64,000 nt of DNA, from the NCBI GenBank assembly GCA_013426185.1, contig CP058602.1, positions 10,231-74,230 on the forward strand, written 5' to 3'. How positions within the stretch are numbered: position 1 is the stretch's first letter; each line of letters opens with the position of its first letter. Made by a program: the position numbers and the translations under genes. Below, in pieces: positions 56,883 through 64,000 of this stretch. The notes beneath the pieces were generated by a model. That model was not told where the DNA came from and ran no database searches. It was given only the letters and a program-made list of their open reading frames with translations. This DNA is from Candidatus Woesebacteria bacterium. Its GTDB lineage: Bacteria; Patescibacteriota; Microgenomatia; UBA8517.

Positions 56883-58010
56883 ATGAGGGAATATTTTGAA
56901 AAGCTTAAATTGGGCAAAATAAAGCTGAAGTTTGACAGTCTAAATCCCAAACCTTTGTTTTTAAAAGTTGTTTTTGGCAAGATTCTTGGTCCTCTTTCTT
57001 TTGATGTTGGTATTGATCTTGGAACAGCCAATACTTTAGTTTGGGTCAAGGGGAAGGGAATTGTGATCAGGGAGCCATCGGTTGTTGCAAGGCGCAAAAA
57101 AACAAAGGAAATTTTGGCGATTGGGACTGCCGCAAAAAGAATGCTTGGCAAAGCGCCTGCTACCATTGAAGTTGTGAGACCCCTTAAAGATGGTGTGATC
57201 TCCGATTTTGACGCAACAGAAAGTATGCTTTCTTTTTATATCAAGAAAGTTCATGAGTCAGGAACGGCAGTCCCCAAAATTCCAAGGCCAAGAGTTGTCA
57301 TTGGTATTCCTTCGGGAGTAACAGAAGTTGAAAGAAGGGCGGTGTCAGATGCTGCTCTTTCTGCAGGCGCAAGAGAAGTTCATTTGGTTGAGGAGCCTTT
57401 GGCTGCTGCAATTGGTGCAAAGCTTGAAGTAACCAGGCCCGATGGAATCTTGGTAGTTGATATTGGTGGTGGCACAACTGAAATAGCGGTTATTTCCTTG
57501 GGGGGTATTGTTTTAGGTAAATCAATCAGAATTGCAGGAGATGAGATGAATGAGGCAATTATTAATTATGTTAAGCTAAAATATTCTCTTCTTTTGGGAG
57601 AGGGGACAGCAGAAGATGTAAAGATAAAAATTGGTACTTGTCGGCCTGAAAAAGAAAAGTTCTATGTTGTTCGTGGCCGGGATTTGGAGCGAGGTTTACC
57701 TAAATCAATCAAGCTTTCAAATATGGAAGTCCAAGAGGCTCTTTCTCCTATTATTAATGAGATTGTTGGCAATATAGCAGATTTACTTGAAGAGACACCC
57801 CCTGAATTGATGGCAGATATTATGGAGCAAGGGGTTTATTTAGCAGGTGGCGGTGCTTTACTTGAGGGGATTGATAAAGTAATTTCTGAGGCTATTAAAA
57901 TTCCTGTTAATATAGTTGAAGACCCACTTGCTTGTGTGGTTCGTGGTTGTGGCGCTCTTCTTGAAAACCCTGATCTTCTCTATCGTGTAAGATTAACAAG
58001 GGGACTATAA
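56883..58010 (+). CDS. mreB: MreB (paralog 2)
   Basis: GIDLGTANT, RPLKDGVISD, TEVERRAV, VDIGGGTTE, AGGGALL. Confidence 0.95.
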   Translation: MREYFEKLKLGKIKLKFDSLNPKPLFLKVVFGKILGPLSFDVGIDLGTANTLVWVKGKGIVIREPSVVARRKKTKEILAIGTAAKRMLGKAPATIEVVRPLKDGVISDFDATESMLSFYIKKVHESGTAVPKIPRPRVVIGIPSGVTEVERRAVSDAALSAGAREVHLVEEPLAAAIGAKLEVTRPDGILVVDIGGGTTEIAVISLGGIVLGKSIRIAGDEMNEAIINYVKLKYSLLLGEGTAEDVKIKIGTCRPEKEKFYVVRGRDLERGLPKSIKLSNMEVQEALSPIINEIVGNIADLLEETPPELMADIMEQGVYLAGGGALLEGIDKVISEAIKIPVNIVEDPLACVVRGCGALLENPDLLYRVRLTRGL

Positions 58011-58012
58011 AT

Positions 58013-59644
58013 ATGTATTTTCAAGATGAAGAAAACTCTTGGCTTATCCTTTTTGCAAGAGGAGTTTTAATACTTGTTTTTTCAATCCTTTTTGCTCGCG
58101 CTTTTGAGCTCCAGATTGTTAAGGGGTCTTATTTTCGCTTGCTTTCTGAAAATAATCGCACAAGGAAAATAGAAATTAGCGCCCCTCGTGGCAAGATTCT
58201 TGCTCGAGGAGGTGAGGTTTTAGTTAGTAACACTGAAATAAAGAAAAGAATAATTTTTGATCCCAAGGAGGGGTATCTTAAAACTGAAAATTTGGAAGGA
58301 GCATCAGAGGAGGATAAGATTTCCGAGTGGAAGCGTGATTATAGTCTTGGCGCAAAAGCCGGGCATATCACTGGCTATTTGGGGGAAGTTGGCGCTGATG
58401 AAGTGGGTAAAGTTGATCCGCTTTGCAAGGAAAAAGGTCCTTTTAAAGCGGGCGATTTGGTTGGAAGAGGTGGACTTGAGGAAAGTTACAATTGTCTTTT
58501 GAGAGGAATTCCAGGTGAGAAGTTAATTGAGGTTGATACAACTGGCAAGAAGATAAGACTTTTGGGAGAGAAAAAAGCTGTTTCAGGCCTTGATTTGAAA
58601 ACGACTATTGATTACAAGCTTCAGGAAAAAGTGGCTGAATTGATGGAAGGCAAAAAAGGGGCTGTTGTTGTAAGCGATCCAAAAGGCGAAATTCTTGCTT
58701 TATATTCTTCACCTTCTTTTGATCCTAATTGGTTTATTAATAAAGATACAAAGAAAGTAGCAGATGTCTTGAATGATGAAGCAAAACCTTTATTTAATCG
58801 CGCTATTTCGAGAATTTACCATCCGGGTTCAACTTTTAAACTTTTTGTCTCTCTTGCTGCTTTAAAAGAGGGGAAAATAGATAAGGATTTTACCTATGAG
58901 GATAAAGGAGAGGTAGTTTTGGATACTCCTTATGGCACTTTTAAATATGGCAATTGGTACTTTTCTCAGTATGGTAGGGTTGAAGGGAAGGTTGATATGG
59001 TTCGGGCATTGGCGCGGTCAACGGATACATTTTTTTATAAAGTGGGTGAGATTTTGGGTATAGATAATTTAGTCAAGTGGTCAAAGATTTTCGGTTTTGG
59101 TAGCAAGACAGGAATTGATCTACCTGGGGAGGTCTCAGGATTAGTTCCTGATCCCGAATGGAAACTAAGAGTGAAAGGGGAAAGTTGGTTTTTGGGTAAT
59201 ACTTATCATATGTCAATCGGCCAGGGAGATTTGGCAGTTAGTCCTATTGAATTAACACAGGCGATAGCAGTTATTGCAAATGGCGGCTATTTATGCAAAC
59301 CTCATCTTGTGGGGGGAGAAAATTGCCGCAAGCTTGATTTGAATGATGGAGATATTAGTCTTGTTAAGGAAGGTATGATTCAGGTTTGCCAAACTGGCGG
59401 CACTGCTTTTCCTTTCTTTGATTTTAAGGAGAAAGTTGCCTGTAAAACTGGAACAGCTGAGACAGGCAAGAAGGATACCACGCATGCTTGGTTTACCTTT
59501 TTTGCGCCAGCTTTTGACCCTGAGATAGTGGTTACCGTTTTTGTTGAAGAAGGTGGGGAAGGCTCAAAAGAAGCTGCCCCACTAGGTCGTGCGATTGCTG
59601 ATTTTTGGTTTAGTCGTAAAAATGGGCTGCCCAAAAATGACTGA
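58013..59644 (+). CDS. mrdA: Penicillin-binding protein 2
   Basis: APRGKI dimerisation domain; PGSTFK, STD, SIGQG, KTGTAE; follows mreB. Confidence 0.9.
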   Translation: MYFQDEENSWLILFARGVLILVFSILFARAFELQIVKGSYFRLLSENNRTRKIEISAPRGKILARGGEVLVSNTEIKKRIIFDPKEGYLKTENLEGASEEDKISEWKRDYSLGAKAGHITGYLGEVGADEVGKVDPLCKEKGPFKAGDLVGRGGLEESYNCLLRGIPGEKLIEVDTTGKKIRLLGEKKAVSGLDLKTTIDYKLQEKVAELMEGKKGAVVVSDPKGEILALYSSPSFDPNWFINKDTKKVADVLNDEAKPLFNRAISRIYHPGSTFKLFVSLAALKEGKIDKDFTYEDKGEVVLDTPYGTFKYGNWYFSQYGRVEGKVDMVRALARSTDTFFYKVGEILGIDNLVKWSKIFGFGSKTGIDLPGEVSGLVPDPEWKLRVKGESWFLGNTYHMSIGQGDLAVSPIELTQAIAVIANGGYLCKPHLVGGENCRKLDLNDGDISLVKEGMIQVCQTGGTAFPFFDFKEKVACKTGTAETGKKDTTHAWFTFFAPAFDPEIVVTVFVEEGGEGSKEAAPLGRAIADFWFSRKNGLPKND

Positions 59645-60716
59645 AAAAAATTATCTAATTGCTCTTTCTGCTTTTGTTCCTTTTGGACCAGTTCGTCTTT
59701 CTTTGCTTTTATCCTATTTTAAGACTGCCAAAAAAGTTTGGAGTCTTTCTCTTTCTGATTTGGCGGAAGTTGGAATTAAAGAAAAATTGGCTTTGGAATT
59801 TATTTCTTTTCGCGACAATTTTAATATTGAAGCTTACCTTGAGAGACTTAAAAAATTTGGCATTGACTGTGTTATCAAAGGAGAAGAAAATTATCCCAAA
59901 AATTTGGCTGAGATAGATTCAGCGCCTTTAGTCTTGTATGTTAAAGGCAGTTTAAAGTCGTTAGACACCGAATCAGTAGCAATAGTGGGTTCAAGGAAAA
60001 TGACTTCATATGGCAGAGAGGTTGCGGAAAAATTTGCTTATGAGATTTCCCAAGCTGGAGTAACAATTATCTCAGGCCTGGCAAGAGGGATTGATACCGT
60101 GGCTCATAAAAGCGCTCTTGAGGGAGGAGGAAGAACAATTGCAGTTGTTGGCTCTGGCTTAAACAGAATTTATCCTCCTGAAAATACCAATCTTGCTTTA
60201 TCAATTGCCAAAGACGGTGCTTTAATTTCTGAATATCCGCTTGATTATCCTGCTTTAAGACTTAATTTCGCTGCAAGGAATAGGATAATTTCAGGCCTCT
60301 CAAAGATAGTTCTCGTGATTGAAGGAGCTGAAAAAAGCGGCACTTTGCTTACTGCTTCTCATGCGGCAGAGCAGGGAAGAACTGTTTTTGCGGTGCCGGG
60401 TCAAATTACCTCTCCTCTTTCTTTTGCTCCTCATTTTTTGATTCAAAACGGAGCAAAGATTGCCTTTTCACCTCGCGATATAATTTCAGAGCTAGATCTT
60501 CAATTTAAAGTTGATACAGCTGAAGTAGAAAAAGTTATGCCCAAAGACAAGGAAGAAGAAAAGATACTTTTGGCTTTGGAAAGTGAGCCTTTGCATCTTG
60601 ATGAAATTGCTAGAATTTGTAGCTTTTCAGTTTCTCTGGTATCATCTAAACTTATTGTTATGGAAATGAAAGGGATGGTCAAAAGCTTAGGCAGCGGCAT
60701 CTATAAGAAACTATAG
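59637..60716 (+). CDS. dprA: DNA-processing protein DprA
   Basis: AIVGSR, ISGLARGIDT, RNRIISGLS, SGTLLTA, VFAVPG; C-terminal winged helix. Confidence 0.96.
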   Translation: MTEKNYLIALSAFVPFGPVRLSLLLSYFKTAKKVWSLSLSDLAEVGIKEKLALEFISFRDNFNIEAYLERLKKFGIDCVIKGEENYPKNLAEIDSAPLVLYVKGSLKSLDTESVAIVGSRKMTSYGREVAEKFAYEISQAGVTIISGLARGIDTVAHKSALEGGGRTIAVVGSGLNRIYPPENTNLALSIAKDGALISEYPLDYPALRLNFAARNRIISGLSKIVLVIEGAEKSGTLLTASHAAEQGRTVFAVPGQITSPLSFAPHFLIQNGAKIAFSPRDIISELDLQFKVDTAEVEKVMPKDKEEEKILLALESEPLHLDEIARICSFSVSLVSSKLIVMEMKGMVKSLGSGIYKKL

Positions 60717-60719
60717 GAT

Positions 60720-60740
60720 TGACAAGGACGGACCTTGTCA
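60720..60740 (+). repeat. REP-like palindrome R1
   Basis: Exact copy filling the dprA-topA gap. Confidence 0.9.
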
Positions 60741-60747
60741 CAAAAAT

Positions 60748-62730
60748 ATGAACTTAATAATTGTAGAAAGTCCAACAAAAGCAAGAACTTTATCTAAAAT
60801 TTTGGGTAAGGATTATGTTATTGAGGCTACGATGGGCCATATCAAAGACTTGCCCAAAAGTGAGCTGGGGGTTGATATCGAAAATAATTTTAAACCTGAT
60901 TACCTTCTTGTTGCCAAAAAGAAAGAAGTAGTTGATAAGATACTTAACGCGGTAAAAAAAATTGGTGAAGATGGATTAATTTTACTTGCGACAGATCCTG
61001 ATCGTGAGGGAGAAGCGATAGCCTCTCATGTTGCTGAGATAATTTTGGATAAGGGCAAGGTTAAAAAAGATATCTTAAAAAGAATTACCTTTCACGAAAT
61101 TACCAAAGAAGCTTTGTATCAAGCTTTAGCTTCGCCTTCTGCTATTGATTCCAACTTAGTTGATGCTCAGACTGCAAGGCGAGTTTTGGATAGACTTGTG
61201 GGTTATAAGCTTTCACCTCTTTTGTGGAAGAAAGTAAGAAGAGGCCTTTCTGCTGGTCGTGTTCAGACAGTTGCAGTAAGACTAATTGTTGAGAAAGAGC
61301 GCGAAATTGAGGCTTTTTCCCCTCAGGAATATTGGGAGATAACAGCTGAGCTTGAAAAAGATAAAGAGAAATTTGTAGCCAAACTTTTGGAGATAGAAGG
61401 AAAAAAAGCCGAGGTCAAAAATCAAAACGAGGCAGAAGCGGTTGTCTCAGATCTTGAAAAATCTAATTATTTTGTTTTAGATGTTATTAAAAAAGAAGTT
61501 CGTAAAGCTCCTCATCCACCTTTCACCACTTCTACTTTGACTCAGGCAGCTGCCAACCTCTTTTTTTGGTCTTCAAAAAGAACAATGAGTATTGCTCAAA
61601 GGCTTTATGAGAAAGGTTTGATAACCTATCACCGTACAGATTCGGTTAATATCGCAGAAGTCGCGCTTTTGAAGGCAAGAGATTATATTAAGGCAAATTT
61701 TGATAAAGCCTATTTGCCAGGTAAGCCTCGAGTTTTTAAGAAGAAAGCCAAACTTGCGCAGGAAGCGCATGAGGCAATTCGCCCTGCCGATCCGTTTTTG
61801 AAACCTTATTCTCCTGAAATTGATGTTGAGCCTGAAGGGCATAGGCTTTATGAGCTTATCTGGAAGCGCTTTATGGCAAGTCAGATGGCTGAATCTGTTT
61901 ATGATGAGACAAAGGTCAAAGTTAGAGCTCAGGGTTCAAAAGATTATTTATTTGGCGCAAACGGACTTATTATGAAATTTGATGGCTGGAAAGTCTTGTA
62001 TTCCAAAAAGTCAGAGGATGTTGTTTTGCCAAAGCTTGAAAAAGGAAACAAGTTGTCTTTGGTAAAACTAACGCCAGAGCAAAAGTTTACCCAACCACCA
62101 GCTCGTTATACAGAGGCTTCTTTGATCAAAACTCTTGAGAAGCTTGGCATCGGCAGGCCATCAACTTATGCGCCGATTATTTCAACTATCCAGCTTCGCA
62201 ATTATGTTGAAAAGAAGGAAGGGAAGTTTTATCCCACCAAAATTGGAATTGCAGTTAATGATTTCCTGATACCTAACTTTAATGATATTTTTGATTATTC
62301 GTTTACTGCAAGAATGGAGGATAATCTTGATTTGATAGCAAAAGGAAATTTGGTTTGGCAGAATGTGATTCGGGATTTTTGGAGCCCTTTTGTTTTGATT
62401 TTGGAAAGTGTTGAAGCAAATTCGCAAAGGGTCAAAATAGAGGCCGATTTTTTGGGCAAGAAATGTCCTGAGTGCAAAGAAGGAGACTTGGTGATTAGAA
62501 TAGGCAGGTTTGGTAAGTTTGTTTCCTGTTCTCGTTTTCCTGAGTGTAAATATAGGGAAAAGTATGTTGAGAAAATTGGAATTAGTTGTCCTGAATGCAA
62601 AAAAGGGGAAGTGGTTGTTAAAAGAACTGCAAAGGGCAAGAAATTTTACGGCTGCTCGCATTATCCTGATTGCAAGTGGGCAAGCTGGAGAAAACCTCAA
62701 GCAAATAATCCAACACCGGGTGTTGACTAG
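60748..62730 (+). CDS. topA: DNA topoisomerase I
   Basis: IVESPTKA, ATDPDREGEAI, SAGRVQ, ITYHRTDS, QEAHEAIRP, GIGRPSTY, two C4 zinc ribbons. Confidence 0.97.
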   Translation: MNLIIVESPTKARTLSKILGKDYVIEATMGHIKDLPKSELGVDIENNFKPDYLLVAKKKEVVDKILNAVKKIGEDGLILLATDPDREGEAIASHVAEIILDKGKVKKDILKRITFHEITKEALYQALASPSAIDSNLVDAQTARRVLDRLVGYKLSPLLWKKVRRGLSAGRVQTVAVRLIVEKEREIEAFSPQEYWEITAELEKDKEKFVAKLLEIEGKKAEVKNQNEAEAVVSDLEKSNYFVLDVIKKEVRKAPHPPFTTSTLTQAAANLFFWSSKRTMSIAQRLYEKGLITYHRTDSVNIAEVALLKARDYIKANFDKAYLPGKPRVFKKKAKLAQEAHEAIRPADPFLKPYSPEIDVEPEGHRLYELIWKRFMASQMAESVYDETKVKVRAQGSKDYLFGANGLIMKFDGWKVLYSKKSEDVVLPKLEKGNKLSLVKLTPEQKFTQPPARYTEASLIKTLEKLGIGRPSTYAPIISTIQLRNYVEKKEGKFYPTKIGIAVNDFLIPNFNDIFDYSFTARMEDNLDLIAKGNLVWQNVIRDFWSPFVLILESVEANSQRVKIEADFLGKKCPECKEGDLVIRIGRFGKFVSCSRFPECKYREKYVEKIGISCPECKKGEVVVKRTAKGKKFYGCSHYPDCKWASWRKPQANNPTPGVD

Positions 62731-62744
62731 CTTCAAACAGTGGG

Positions 62745-63440
62745 TAAAGACGGACTTCGGACTTCAGTTATCGGCTGTCGGACATCGGACATCGGATATC
62801 GGATATCAGTTATCGGCTGTCGGATATCGGCTGTCGGAATTCAGTCGAAGTTAGTCGGAAGAAAATATCTGCATTATGAAAGATCCAAGTAGAAAGTAGT
62901 AAGTAGAAAGTAGAAAGCAAAATTAATAAATAGTTAAAAGTTCAAAGTTGAAAGTTAAAAGAATTCGGATTTCAGCTATCAGTTGTCAGCTGTCGGAGTT
63001 GTTTGCTATCTTAATTCATAAATCTTAAATCCTAAATCAAAATTCTATAATCTATAATCCATAATCAAAAATCTATAATCTAATCATAAAGTTTTGACTT
63101 TTGATTTTTAATTTTTAATTTAATTTGTGATTTGGAATTTGCCTGCCCTGAATCGAATTTATTCTGGTTCAGGGTTTAGAATTTAGATATTAGAATTTAG
63201 AATTTGGAATTTGTATATTGTTTGTATATTGGAATTTGGAGCTTGGATTTGTAATTTCTAATTTGTGATTTTCCCTTTGTTCTTTGTTCTAACCTAGTAG
63301 GTAAAAAGCAAGGGGTAAAAGGTAAAAGAAATTCAAGTAGAAAGTAGAACGTAGTAAGTAGAAAGCAAAATTCTATAATCTATAATCCAAAATCTATAAT
63401 CTAATTAGAAAGTTTTGACTTTTAACTTCTGCCTCTTGAG
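62745..63440. repeat. Mosaic heptamer array A15
   Basis: Nearly all modules, several twice; CCTG-hairpin insert at 63141. Confidence 0.9.
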
Positions 63441-63472
63441 AATTGTTTCTTTTCTTTCTATACTTTCAAAAG

Positions 63473-63811
63473 ATGGAAGATTGCATTTTTTGCAAAATAA
63501 TAAGAGGTGAGGCTCCTTCTGAAAAAGTTTGGGAAGATGAAGAGATCTTGGCTTTTAAAGATATTAAGCCTTCAGCTCCTGTTCATATTTTAATTGTTCC
63601 CAAAAAGCACATACAAAATCTTTCTGATACAAGTTCTGAAGATCAAGCGCTTTTGGGAAAAATTCAGCTTACGGCGGTTGAGATTGCAGAAAAATTGGGG
63701 ATTAAAGATGCATTTCGAGTTTCTACTTTAAATGGAAAAAATGCGGGTCAGGTAGTTTTTCATCTTCATTATCACTTGATGGGAGGTTGGAGCGAAAAAC
63801 CTAATTTATGA
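63473..63811 (+). CDS. HIT family nucleotide hydrolase
   Basis: DCIFCKI, HILIVPKKH, GQVVFHLHYH. Confidence 0.95.
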   Translation: MEDCIFCKIIRGEAPSEKVWEDEEILAFKDIKPSAPVHILIVPKKHIQNLSDTSSEDQALLGKIQLTAVEIAEKLGIKDAFRVSTLNGKNAGQVVFHLHYHLMGGWSEKPNL

Positions 63812-64000
63812 TTAGATCAGAAATTAGCAAAAAAATAGGTGAGGCTATGAAAGCAGGCGACAAAGTTCGTCTTGAGACTCTTAAGCTTCTTTCCTCAGCC
63901 TTGAATTACGAATTTATTAGTAAACAGCATGAACTTTCGGAAGACGAAGAGCTTGCTGTAGTCCGAAGAGAAATCAAGAAGAGAAAAGATGCAATTGAAG
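63808..64000 (+). CDS. GatB/YqeY domain protein (partial)
   Basis: EAMKAGDKVRLETLKLLSSAL...REIKKRKDAIE. Confidence 0.88.
   Translation, partial: MIRSEISKKIGEAMKAGDKVRLETLKLLSSALNYEFISKQHELSEDEELAVVRREIKKRKDAIE

Noticed and set aside
62182-62736. Antisense and alternative-frame ORFs inside housekeeping genes (e.g. 8201, 11346, 32651, 45413, 55438, 62182)
   Set aside because: Shadows of well-supported genes with no motifs.

Overview
This is an AT-rich bacterial chromosome segment using standard code 11 (TGA is a stop). The gene content, split ComEC, frequent leaderless genes and repeat style suggest a CPR/Patescibacteria (Microgenomates-like) genome; that assignment is an inference. The housekeeping backbone comprises leuS (3' end), comEA/comEC, argS, ndk, rsmI, two mreB, a WecB/TagA GT, polyprenyl synthase/uppS, an ATP-grasp/RimK cluster, secE-nusG-rplK-rplA-rplJ-rplL, rnhB, rpsU, rpmG, queA, rpmB, def-fmt, mrdA, dprA, topA, HIT, yqeY and six intact tRNAs. 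The unusual biology is mostly non-coding. (1) About 15 intergenic mosaics are built from shared heptamer tandem-repeat modules, often nested as inverted arms; a four-helix-bundle gene is bracketed by the same kind of inverted short-repeat arms. (2) A 49-54 kb locus has repeated cassettes of conserved structured leader, ~80-aa ORF, four-way-junction RNA and colicin-D-immunity-like helical gene. (3) An intact tRNA-Tyr is nested inside a second tRNA-Tyr broken by small hairpin insertions, and a tRNA-Thr copy is similarly riddled. (4) Two divergent lipoprotein genes share a perfect 255-bp inverted repeat around a dead IS. (5) Several REP-like palindrome families and an IS200/IS605-type MITE are present, some inserted in frame in genes. 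All calls were made by eye without database searches.
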